Made by a program: the position numbers and the translations under genes. A DNA stretch of 63,561 nt, filler included, from Choristocarpus tenellus KU-1152 (taxonomy: Eukaryota; Protista; Phaeophyceae): NCBI GenBank assembly GCA_964200185.2. It is 8 parts of 8 records of this genome, joined end to end, with 100 filler letters (N's around TTAATTAATTAA, not from the genome) between each part and the next. Parts side by side here need not be neighbours in the genome. Positions count along the whole stretch, not along the records: positions 13,008 to 28,155 come from CAXNAD020001048.1; positions 28,256 to 43,868 come from CAXNAD020000962.1; 6 more parts are not named here. One strand, written 5' to 3'. Shown here in pieces: positions 26,879 through 38,630 of this stretch (its first letter is position 1; each line of letters opens with the position of its first letter). Below the pieces are notes generated by a model. It had not been told where the DNA came from. It saw only the letters and a list, made by a program, of their open reading frames with translations, and searched no databases.

Positions 26879-27059
26879 GTAACATACTCATCTATAAGGG
26901 AAGATGCCTGAAGTGTGTGGCATCTTGGTACGACAGTGATTTTTTATCTTCTAATTCTAATAAATGCTTCATTACTTTCAGCTTTTGCATTTTGTTCAAG
27001 TAACATACTCATCTGTCGGGAAGATGCCTGAAGTGTGTGGCATCTTGGTACGACAGTGA
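26879..27059 (+). repeat. local ~60-bp duplication
   Basis: TAACATACTCATCT...GGGAAGATGCCTGAAGTGTGTGGCATCTTGGTACGACAGTGA at ~26880 and ~27001. Confidence 0.9.
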
Positions 27060-27367
27060 AAGGCACAGTGCATATGGCGGGGAGATACTGTTCAACTTTT
27101 GCGGTTGGGTGATGCCTGATAAGGATATTTTTTCAAGTTATACCCATTATAAGGTAATGGACGTTTCAGGCATTTGCTGTCAGTATCCCTGACCAGATGA
27201 GGCAAGCACTCTTCAAACACCACAGTAGTTCACAACCATGAAAGGATTAGATACATCACAACTTAATTTCGAACAGATTTATTCGTGGAAAATTCAAAGC
27301 CCCACAACATCATAGTGTATGCATATGTTCATTGATATCACTCTGACTGGAGCCAAATGTGAGCAAA

Positions 27368-27542
27368 GACCCAAAGTATCTGGGGGGGGGGGGGTCTACA
27401 CCAGGGTGTCCATTTGGACTAAAAGAAAGAAAAAATCATCTACATTATCCATCTGATGTATGCAACCAAATCACCCAAAAATCGCGATATGAAAAAATGA
27501 ACCCCAAATGGACAGCCACCCCCCCCCCAGATACTTTGAGCC
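27368..27542 (-). mobile_element. MITE-B
   Basis: TIRs present; flanks AAA / AAA. Confidence 0.9.
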
Positions 27543-27876
27543 AAAGTGTTACTAGGTAGTGGTCTGACAATCTTGAACATACTTCATTTTACTGTTAGTA
27601 CAATTTGTGAAGAATATAGTACTCTACGTAGATAAAACATCTCTGATCAACCATGAGAAGCACGGCAGCAAGAGTACGACAAGTATTTTTTTTTAATGTA
27701 TCAAGACAGAATCTCTTTGTACAATGTCATTGTACTAATACCATAAAACAGCACTAGGAGGATACTCCAGTGTGAATGCTGCACTCTAGATGGAAAACAT
27801 GTTCAAGTTGAAGTGCATTGTGCAAATCGTCATTGGATGGACAACAAAATAAAGTTTCGCCTAATTTTACATATAC

Positions 27877-27967
27877 CTTTCTCCTTGTCTGGAGTCTCCT
27901 AACTGCTCTTTGGATTCTAATAATGCTCTTCCTCCACCTTCCCAAAGCAGTGGTTCTGATATGACAC
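27877..27967 (-). CDS. possible exon with IQ-like motif
   Basis: tgcag acceptor and AAG|gtatat donor flank ...WRKSIIRIQRAVRRLQTRRK. Confidence 0.35.
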
Positions 27968-28299
27968 CTGCATTGGCAATGAGTGAATATTGTACAAGTT
28001 GGGCTGGTGCTCGGATATCAGATGATAGAAAAGTTTGGAGGATGAAGGTTTTGGTGCATGTTCTCTAGGACTGAATCAAGTCTGACTAAGCTCTTCTCTC
28101 TGCATCCAACAGGGTCAAAGTATCTGAGGGGGGGGTGTCGGCGTCCGTTTTTCACNNNNNNNNNNNNNNNNNNNNNNNNNNNNNNNNNNNNNNNNNNNNT
28201 TAATTAATTAANNNNNNNNNNNNNNNNNNNNNNNNNNNNNNNNNNNNNNNNNNNNCCCCCCCCCCCCCCACCCACGACCTTGCCCCACGGGTCAAAGTC

Positions 28300-29325
28300 C
28301 CCCCCCCCCCCCCCCCTGGCACAGATCCCCTTGATCTCTTCGAGGAAGCCCTCACTATGCACCCTAGAGATGGCTAAGAGTGCTATCTGCTTCGCCTCTT
28401 CTGAAAGCAAGGCTGAGGGACGGCTCCAATCCAGACCCTAGGTGTTAAGATTGTTTTGGGGGTGTCTGTCGTGCGTCACTGCTGTATATATACATGCATA
28501 CATACCATCTTGTTGACAGGATTTTCATGTCACAGAAACAGGGTGTGCTGGATGGCTCTTCCTTCGAATGGAAGTCGGTTAATCGCTGAAAATCGACGTC
28601 AATCAGACTAACAACCAAAGCAGCTTCGTCTTCTCTCTGTAGGAATGGGACCAATACAGAACGATTGCGGTGTTGGGGTGTGCATGCATCTCCATAATAT
28701 GGTAGTAATAAAGAAAACACAGGCACAGAAATCAACAGAAAAGTTACATACACGTGAAAACACAGAAATCAATGGGGCATTATTTGGTTAATCTAGATTT
28801 ATGTTCCGCACCCTCAGACCCTTCAGCGCATCTCGGATTGTGGTCACTCGCTCAGGGCATTCAGGGTGCAGACGTCCCCTTGGAGGAGCATGGAGCTTGA
28901 ATATGTCATCATAGATGACTCGAACGTGTGGCAATGATCCCTCTAGGTATAGAACCGCAGTGAAAGTGGGAGAAGTGGATACGTCAGATTGACTGAGGAG
29001 AGCTATCTGTTTAGAAGACTAGGCTGTTCATGATGCATGTACATATCATGTCCACTCTGGTCAGCAAGACACTACTTGCCCATCCTTTATTGCATCCCAC
29101 AGATTCAAGCCCTGAGCTTCAACCCTTTTGACTGTATTTTATTTAAATTTTGATTCATAGCCGCCGACCTGAGTCCGTTACTGATGACCTTAGAGTTGGC
29201 GATCGCAAGTTGGACCCCAATGAACTTCGCTGAAGATGGACCTCAGGTATGGCCTGCGTCCAGAGTTTGAGAGGAGTAAACGCAATCGTGTAAGGAAAAA
29301 ACGACACTGCTATGATCCAGCGCAT
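28300..29325 (-). CDS. histone deacetylase family protein with bipartite plastid-targeting presequence (5' part; truncated at contig end)
   Basis: Exons 29325-29169, 28942-28812 and 28437-~28300 join in frame at GT-AG sites: MRWIIAVSFFPYTIAFTP...RVIYDDIFKLHAPPRGRLHPECPERVTTIRDAL...LLAISRVHSEGFLEEIKGICARGGG. HPE.P.R and RVH are N-terminal HDAC-domain motifs. Confidence 0.85.
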
Positions 29326-29841
29326 CGCCAAGATTCTTGTCCGTTGAGGGGAATACTCAAACCCTAGAAGAAACCAGCAACATGACAATGTATTTTATAT
29401 CTCCAACAAACCAACGCACTCCATCTCAAGAAGGCCTCGCAAGGGTAATGAAAAATAGGATGGTTTTTGGTGTGTTGTTCGCATCCGTTCAAAAAAATAC
29501 TAGAGTTAGTGATCCAAGCTTTCCCATGTCTCCGTGAAAAGCAGTGGTGGCCTACAGGTGCCCAGTATCGGCTTGTAATGCCTCTGAAATAGTGGTGCAT
29601 GTGCTCATATAAATTACATTCGCTATCGACAACTATACTCTTGTAAGCTTTGAATCGAATGATGGTCGTTCAAACCAAGTCGTTTGATTTGGTATTACCT
29701 CTCTGACCACAAGATCCGAACCGTGCAATTAAGAATCGGGAAACTAGGCGCCAACTTTGCCCATCCCAGGTTCCTTCCCACCCCTCTATTTAACACGATT
29801 CCTCAATGGAAATCTCTTTGTCTCAATTCTCGAATCTCACA

Positions 29842-30472
29842 GATGCCAAGGTCGGGGTCAAGAATCGTGATGCTTAAGCGTGACTTCACGAGGAATGTGA
29901 TCAGTGCCAGTGGAACAGCGGATATGATGAGCGGAGGTTAATTGATAGTGAAAAATGAAAAGTGTATGACAAGGTGGGAATATTCATAGTTGTAACAAAA
30001 TGTCAACATTGATATTCGTAGCAATCCTTCGTAGGATTAAGGTGTCCTACATGGCAAGTAGCTAGGTCCCTAGTATAATTGAGTTGATCTTAATTGTTAT
30101 ATGCTGCAGAACACCTTTCCTAGGAGAGGGGTTGTCACTTCACAGCACGCATTACTAATCTTGCTGTCTGGAACGGTTGTGGACTTGCTTCGAAAAATAA
30201 CCTGGCACCCAGGTACCGTCTGTATGCCAGAGTGTAGCAGGAAAGCTGAAATGGAAGAATAGGACGATGTGCTTATCACGTGAGAATCAGCTATTCAACA
30301 GCCGAAGAAGTGAGCAGCGACTGCTCCCCTTACTTTCAACCATTGAAACCTTAATCCATCCATCCCCCTATTTCCCTTTCACGTAGGACAATATATCCAG
30401 ACCAGGTCGTTTGAACCTTGTGGACTTACCCATGGTGTGTTTGCTGATCTGTGGTGTGCGAGTGTTTGGGAG
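29842..30472 (+). CDS. possible small exons of an unidentified gene divergent from the HDAC gene
   Basis: Three open segments with ag/gt borders (~29842-29936, ~30109-30212, ~30387-30472); no recognisable motif. Confidence 0.25.
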
Positions 30473-33400
30473 GTGAGAAAATCGACTTACGGAGAAGTAC
30501 AGCATTGCGTTATGGCTTGGTAAGAGGTGAAGCAACAAGTTGCCAAAAAGAAGTTTTGTCAGTAAACCCTTTGTTATAGGTTGTGTGAGTCAGCATGAGG
30601 GAAATTTGTTTAGACGAATATTGCTTCTGCTCAAGTTTTCTGGGCGTTTATTTGGTGGATATGGAGTGGCTTTCATGTGCGCTTAACTGGCAAAGAGAAG
30701 GACATTGATGACCCAGGTATCATCAACTATGAGCTGGCCTGTACCAACAAGGGGCAGGGTATAGTCTGTCGGTGGCAACACTAGTATTAAGATCTTAAGG
30801 GCAGATAGGAGGAATGGACCTAAACGGGTTCCATACGTACAAAGGGGATGATGAGCTAGAGAGAATCAGATACTTCTTAATCCTGGGGATGTCACAGTGG
30901 TTACGTGTGTAGAGCCGGCACGTCCCCAAAGGCCCCAGGCCATGTCGAGAAGTAGCTCCACACCAGCTCTGACCCTTCCATGCATGCGTAGCCCACCTTC
31001 TGCATCAGCAAAGCCTGACTCAATTACACTGTATATCCACTGGTATAATCTCCCTAGCTTCCCAAGTAGCAATCATGTAGCATGTTTAGTCATAGCATCA
31101 CCTTCTAGGCAGAGAGCTTCCAGTAATGAGTGGTGGCTCTTATTACAGGTTCAAGAAGTTTTGGTTTTCGCTGTACCACTTGCAAGAATATTGCTTGCGA
31201 ACTGTGTGTATAGCTTTCTCCTGCACAATTTACTCTTCTGTGTGTGACTTATACTCTGGAGGGATGAACCCCCATCCTCCATACCGTTGTTTTTGCTTTC
31301 TGGGTCAAGTATCGAGATAGCATTGTCCTCTTCTTGTGGGATTAGTTTACATGAATGAGTGATATGTTGGCGTGAAATACTTTTCTGTCTTGTACATGGT
31401 GAGTCAACCTGAATCCTGCTTTATATTAATTTCCTTCCATGTTTGTGACAGAATTTACCTATAGGCCCTACAGTTGTACTAGTTCCACGATTTTTATGGT
31501 TATCTGTATTTTTTGTATTCTGTGTTTCAGCTGGTGATATTTCTCACTTGTTGCATTTTTCTCAGGAGAGATGTTTTCAGAGTTTTTCTTCCAGATATCA
31601 GGGGCTACTGCACTCTCCTGTATTATATATGAGCTGTAGGAGGTACAAGAGTTTTGCAATGTTGATTCTCGTGTCATGAATAGCAGTAATCACTAGAATA
31701 GAGAATTGTAGTTTGTACAGGCAATGAGTATGGATGTGAACGTCTTTTGTTCAAAATGCAATAGTTTTGGTCTATTGTGAAGGGCATAGCTGATAGAACT
31801 ATCAACTGATGCATCTTTGTTGCTATTTTTTTGCAGTTATTTTTTGCTGTATTGATGAAAAATGTGATGCGTAATTACAGTACTAGCAACCCAGCTTGTT
31901 TTCCTGCTGTGGAGCGTTTACTGTGGTGACTGAGTGAGGGTAGGGGGGAGGCAGGTAGAGGTGATGATGGCGCCAACCAATTCAGATGCGGCGCACTATT
32001 ATACATGATCGTTCAGTGTACATACAGCACACTGAGGGTGGCATGGTAGGTTGTGGTCACCTGATTTGTGTTTGTTTTGTACGTGAAAAAAATCAAAGTG
32101 ATCTGAGCCTCCCCTCCCCCATCCCCACCCTTCTCTTGTTACCTGTCTCGTTTGCACATCCATGCATCTTTTTGCACATTTGTTGCCACAGAATATTTAG
32201 TAACCCCCGAAACCCAAACTCGTGCCCCTAAATTCCCCAAACTCAGCGTCCATGCTGCAGGTTAGGAAATGCAGGGTTTTGAGGGTCACAATTGTGCTTC
32301 TATACTGAATGGAGTCCCCCCTTTGATGCTGCTGAAGTGTGAGTTGGAAGGAGATGAGGTTTTGATGGACAGAGCACAAGAATAGTCTTGACATTTGATC
32401 AAGGTGATGGCATGGGGTGAGTGACTACATGATATGGCATGCATGTGCATGCCTGAGAGCAATACGACATGGTGGGCCATGAGTTTGGGATCTGCTTGCA
32501 TTTGTTGCCTTCTAAAGCACTGGTTCCACTCCTGGAGGCGCAAAATTGATTATTATAGGCTATTTAAAGGATATTGAGTTGAGGTGCGGTTTAGATGAAA
32601 CATTGTTCACACAAGCCATAGATCTGTTATTGTTGTATCATATACGGTGGGGTTTGTGCACAATGTTCACAGGTGTAGAACACAACCCATGCCTTCTTTT
32701 GACGGTGTGCAAAACTTCAGAGTTTCACAATCAAAGTTTTTGGGATGGAGCTCAAGCTCCAGTAGATTTTAGTCTGAACATCTGTTTTATTTTCAGTCAA
32801 CGATCTACACGTTGTGCACGCGCGTGTCTTCTATGTTAAAAGGCCCTTTCTTCATGGGTAGTATGGATTGACATAGTAAACAGGAGTATTATTTTACTTT
32901 CTAAGCACTTTTTGATTTTAGTATATTTGTAAGATTTGGGACAATCAGTCAGCCGTATGCACAATGATGTAACTCTTTATGCAGATTTTACTTATGATGA
33001 AGGGATCCGGTAAAAGCTTACAACTTCAGCTTCAAGTTGGTGTACTACTTGGCCTCTGTTCTAAATATTCAGCTGCTGGTGCCCACATAAATCTCAGGGT
33101 TCTTGCAGCAAGTCAAAGTTCTGAGAGCTCTGCAATTTATAGAAGACAGGTGATGACTCCAGGGAAGAGCATACTTGTTTGGGAGAATAGGAGTAGAAGA
33201 AGGATCTGTCTGAGTGTTGCTTTGCAACTCAAAGCCAATCATGAGTTGATGTCTGAAGCAAGGAGTCCTGGGATGGAAAATAAGAAAATAGAGAGGTTTG
33301 AGAAGGCTGGGGTCAGAGGTGTGTGCAGACAAGGGGATGTACAAAACAAGAGTGAGCATGAAGACAACCAAATATCAGGCAAGGACCCACATGACTGTAG

Positions 33401-35777
33401 TGGGGAAAACACTGGTGGTGGATAAAACCAAATGCTCTGCCAAAAATGCTAGGGAGAAATTGATAGCAAGAATTAAGTGGAAAAAGACAGGTTGGTCAGG
33501 GGAGCAATGCTTTTGGAGGGGAAGGCATGTGTATTGGTGACCATGTTCTACAGGTTGGTCGTTAACAACTCTGTGAAACTGAGGCGATGGAGGCTGCCTG
33601 AAAAATTGTTGAATCGAGAAAAGACAAGACTTCCTAGAATGTGAAAACTTTGGAGGAAGGGGAGATCTTGAGTACCTCGAGGTTTCAGAGGGTTAGCATT
33701 CAAGTGGATAGAGATGAGAGGTGCAATATTGTTGAACCATAGCTTGATGAAATTGAACCCTACATCTGTACACAGGACTCTATTGGAAGTGTTGGTCCTA
33801 TGTCAGGACTTCTTGGCTTAAATAAGGACAAAGTCTGTGGGTGAGCTCTCATCGAAGGGTCTGGGCAGCATCCCGAAAGGCCTGGTTTATGTGTGAAGAA
33901 AGGTTCAAATCAAGATCCCACTTCTGATGGAGAAGAGGAGGGCATGTATCCATAGGTTCATGGATGAATAATGGGGGACCCTAAAAGGAGGGTATTGAAG
34001 GGAATGTTGTCATAATCTTTATGGGCGAATTTTTTTGCCAATGCATTGCTAAGAACTGGGATTGTGTTATTGGTGGATGGAACCACTAGACTTTAGCTGT
34101 TTGCCAATGCCCAGAAGGTGATGACCAAGTATATTAAGGCAGGAATTTTTATTGGGAGGGAATATTCAATTTGACAATGGCTTGACTGAGCTGCAATATA
34201 GTGAAGAGTTACCAAGATGAATGCTTGAGAGGGACATGTGCACGTTCAAGTATTATGGAAGGAGGATGAGATGGAAGATGGCAGCAATGACATAGTTGAG
34301 GCTGACAACTCTGAGCCTGTAATGTAATAAATATCTAGGGTTGTGAATCAAAAGATTTTGTGAGTGTATGTTAGATCGACTTGGGAATTTTCTGTGCACT
34401 CAAAAATGATCGAATCGTAGGCAAAGTGCATGAGCAAGCAGCAAGCAGTGTTGTGAGGCAAATGTCCTCTTGGCTGGTGAGGGGTCCAGCCGGAGGAAAA
34501 ACATTTGGAGGTACTCTTCCTTTCTGTGCTCTTTCCCCACTACTAGATACAGTTTGATATTGTTCAAGAGACTCTTTTTGCATGTATGCTTCAATGTTTG
34601 AAGAAAAAAAATGAACTGAAGAGTTGTAAAGAGGAACATTAGGGAATGAAGAATAGTGTATGTATGTGTTTCGTTTGTGACATCTATTGTCTTATTTATG
34701 TGGTGGCTGCACATTGCTGCTACAGTCTTCAGGTGGAATCGTTTCTACTGTCTTTTCTTTGCAGCCTCACATGCATCAACCTTCACCCAGGTGATGTTGC
34801 AAAGGAACACAAGAAGGTGCACATTTTCTGGGTCCAGACTGTTGCGTTTTGGTACTTGCAATTTACCCGGCTGTTGAGAACATGCGTTCCAAATTTACTT
34901 GTGTGGCAGGAGTGACCAAAATATGATGGGCAAGTTTGCCCAGTCATGGACTTTCGACCTCCTTTCACACCACCACCTGGGCGGGTTGTTGTAAGATCCA
35001 CTGTCCAAAATCAATTATGGGGAACCGTCCTACAACCTTGAATGCATCAACCTCTACACATGACACTCCCTCCATGTGCTCCAATATCCCACCACCACTA
35101 GTGGAACCCTCCCACACAGCGCAAGGGAGGCTCTTAATAAACCCTAGTGTCTTTTCTTGGAGGACTGCCCCCTCTAAATATGGGTGGTACATATACATAG
35201 GTTTGGTTCTAAAACATGAGTATTGACTGCCTCCTGTGCTCTATACACCTCCACAATACTTAAGACTTCCAACTCCACCTGCCTCCAAATCCTTATAATC
35301 ATTCTCTAGAACGCCATTAGGATTTTGGTTCTGGGGTCTAAACATATAGTCAGAATCTGTTTCCACTTTTGTCCTCTTGGCTTCCTATTCCCATCCCCAG
35401 AGTACTAGGCAATGTTTCTCCATGGACATACCAAACCAGTTTACTAATTCAATCCTTATCACTTGTGCCCATAGGTATTCAGCATTTTTCCCTTTGCCTG
35501 TTCAATGGCAGCGGCTTTGAAGGTGCTGCAGGCTTATACTGCTTTCTCCTGCTCCACTCGTGCACCATAGACAATGGGAATGGAGACATGGTCGTATAAG
35601 TGTCACCCTCAAGAGACTTCGGTAAAAAGTTACAACGTCCATCATTGAATCACAGAAGTCAGTACCTTAGTGTAGCTGTAGGACATGTAAAATCAAGGTG
35701 AGATAGGAAACAGGAAAGAAAGTTTAAAGATGAGAAGACCGAAGAGGTGTAAGACAGAGAAGCAACTAAGAACGACA

Positions 35778-35960
35778 GGCTCAAAGTGTCTGGGGAGGTG
35801 TCGACTGTCCATTGGGGCACATTTTCCATGTCGCAATTTTTGGGTGATTTGGTTGCATGTGTCGGATGGATAATGTAAGTGCACTTTTCCTGGTCAGGGC
35901 CTAAATGGATACCCTGGTGTAGACCCCCCCCTCCCCCGCCCCAAATACATACTTTGAGAC
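35778..35960 (+). mobile_element. MITE-B
   Basis: TIRs present (right one degenerate); internal homology. Confidence 0.85.
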
Positions 35961-36123
35961 ATAAATGATGTGATATAATTGATAGTTACCTTGATATAAC
36001 TTTAAAATTTAGAACATGGTATTTGTGATGCATGTCATTAATACAATGGAGTATCACCAGTTCATACTGACTGTTGATTGGCACATTGGTACTGGTCTTC
36101 ACTCGCATTTCCATCATCAGTAT

Positions 36124-36386
36124 GAGTGAAATTATCTTAGATAGTACGAGTTTAACCCTGTTTGTCCGTTTGGGGCTTGGCTTCCCACGGATTTATTTAT
36201 GCCATTTTACCTACTCTGAAATGTTCTGGGGTAGATAAAATGTAGAAGTTACGAAAAGGTGTGTCCGAACATGGGTATTGACCCTTCCTAACAAACACGA
36301 TAACCAAAATTACATCAAAATCGCAACATTGAGTTTTGGACCCCAAACGGATGCCGCGCTACACTCTAAAATACTTTGATTGACTC
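36124..36386 (-). mobile_element. MITE-A
   Basis: TIRs and internal homology; no clear TSD. Confidence 0.85.
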
Positions 36387-36579
36387 GATAAGATCATCAA
36401 TTACCGTTACAGCAAGCATGTAGCAGTCGATATTCGATGAACAGGCTCCATACCCATTATGCCACGAGGCTACTCTGCCTACAAATACTGTAGGGACCTA
36501 ACACAGCAGAGGTACAGTTTGTTTCTCGTCCAACAATAATAATACATAGAAGTAATGATGAATGCACTATTATATACTG

Positions 36580-37220
36580 ACCTATGCACTTCCAAACAGC
36601 ACCTTGCTGTGAATTCCCCTTGGCGGGACAAAACAAACAACCCACAACAGTGTCTACTAGATTAACCAATGGTGGTATTACACACGTCACGTCCAAGTTT
36701 CCACTATTAAAACAAGTTTCTTGTAAGGAAAAGGGTCCCATTTATGGCCATATTTAATCTATTGCTTGATTCGGGTCACTGAGCAACAGCAAAGGTATGT
36801 ATGGTAGGCCACGGCATCTGCTCTCTTCTTCCCTTGCAAGCTCGACATCACTAGCGCCAGCTACACCACCAATGAACACTTGGTCCATCCATTTCAAACA
36901 ATAGAACTAATGTCTAACATACAGTCAATCAATCAATATTTTCTCAACCCCAAATTGTATAGAAAAACTACTGTATGTAGATAGCATGGCAACTCTCCAA
37001 CACTTAAGGTCTCAACAAAAAAGGGATACAATAATGATACAAATAAGTCTATCAACCAACGGATACTCACGCTGTGTTCCAAGAAGATGCTCTACTACAC
37101 AATACATACACACACGCAGATACATGCACTATTTGTTGGGCACCACTGAAGACTTCAAAGCTAGAAAGAAGAAATATATCATCCTGTGGCACAACAAATC
37201 TTTGGTAAGAGTTCCAAAAA
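36580..37220. repeat. ~640-bp direct repeat, copy 1 (copy 2 at ~41968-42620); possible hAT-like transposase remnant on minus strand
   Basis: Clear colinear similarity by eye; minus-strand MDGPSVHW resembles the MDGPNVNW motif of some hAT-like transposases. Confidence 0.7.
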
Positions 37221-37548
37221 AATATCATGTCTCGTATCTGTTGTAGTAGCACCAACCAGGGCGGGGATTTACTGTCTTCTGTCATGGACAATTGGTGAGG
37301 ACATAGGCGTGTCCATGTTGTCTACCTCTTAATCAAATGCGCTGAGTGATTTGACTCCTCATCGCTCACCTCACCGTATGGATAGGTATCCTGGTCACAC
37401 CCTGTGTTCGCTTGTCGAGGGTCTTTGCAATGCTGTCGTCGCATTGTGGGAATGCAAAGAATGAGGTATTTGTCAGGGATATTTCAAGGGTTGAGGTACA
37501 GATTGGACACATACAGACAACTATATAATTGTTTGTGAAATATAACAA

Positions 37549-37700
37549 TTGAGCTGAGGGGATTGACACGTTCTTCTTAATATGATATTACCATGAAAGG
37601 TAGTGATTGAGGCGAGGGGATTGACACGGTCTTATTCTGATATTAGTATGGAAGCTGGTGATTGAAGCGAGGGGATTGGCCCGGTCTTCTTGATATGATG
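37549..37700 (+). repeat. minisatellite, ~59-bp unit x ~2.5
   Basis: GAGGGGATTGACACG(T/G)TCTT recurs at ~37556, ~37615 and ~37670. Confidence 0.8.
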
Positions 37701-37869
37701 AAAAATTCACCACTCGTACAAATCCCTCTAAAACTATGGAATAAACTCTCCTATAGGCGTAATATATTTTGTTTCTGACTTTTGGGTGAGGAAATGATCA
37801 TGACAAGAAAATATCATTTCATTCTTCACTCTACCCTTAAACAAAAATTGGAGATCAGGAAAAGTTGTC

Positions 37870-38630
37870 CATTGGGTGGAATATTTTGTTTTCCTTGAAA
37901 CGTCACAAGAGCGGGGAAGGTCACCTCCAAGCTGCAACTTTGAAGAAGGCGTAGAAAAACGTTGGCAAACATCTCAAACAGCTGAGAGTGTCTGCCTGCC
38001 TTGCAGGAGGTTCTTGACACCTTCACCGGGAAGATGGAAGACTTATGTCACATGGGGACCAAGCTGGAGATGGTTTCTACCAACATCTGAAAAGCTTCAA
38101 TATTAGGAGAATCAGAAGTACCCTCTCTCCACATCTGTAATGAGTCTGGATGACCGTTCAGGAAGCGAGCATCCCATCATGGAAAAATGGAAGAAATATT
38201 TGGCAGTGGTCCTTAGTATCAAGTCGGTTGATCTCAACATCCATTGTGCTGGAACCCTTGACCAACGACCCGCACCCATGGCCCTCGTCACTCCTCTAAC
38301 AACGGCGGATGTGGCAGAAGTAATCCGGGCAATGGGAAATGGGAAAGCTATTTGTCCCACCAACAATCTTCCAGTTGGACTCCTAAGGCTTAGCCTACAG
38401 GAGGACGTGGCTATCCCATAGGGTTTCCAAAAGATTGTGTTGGCTGTGTGCAACAGGGAAGTTGCGCAACAGGTCTGGAAAGATGCGGTCTGTACTCTAC
38501 AAGGCAAAGGACCGTACTGATTAGGGCAACTACAGGGGAATCTCATTGGTTGCACGTGCTGGAGAAGTCCTCTTCAAAGTTGTTGGCCGGCTGATGGGGG
38601 ATAACCTGGAACGGGAGAACACCCTTCATT
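37870..38630 (+). mobile_element. RTE-like LINE fragment (region upstream of RT), decayed
   Basis: EVIRAMGNGKA...LPVGLLRL followed by frameshifted ...GNYRGISLVARAGEVL, typical of the RTE-clade RT domain 0-2 region. Confidence 0.75.

Noticed and set aside
28860-28945. Plus-strand peptide LEYVIIDD resembling an alpha-galactosidase motif
   Set aside because: The minus strand gives an in-frame spliced HDAC exon with correct phases on both sides
37549-37700. Repeat-spacer-like pattern suggesting a CRISPR array
   Set aside because: The intervening segments are also similar to each other (minisatellite), there are only ~3 units, the context is eukaryotic, and no cas genes are present
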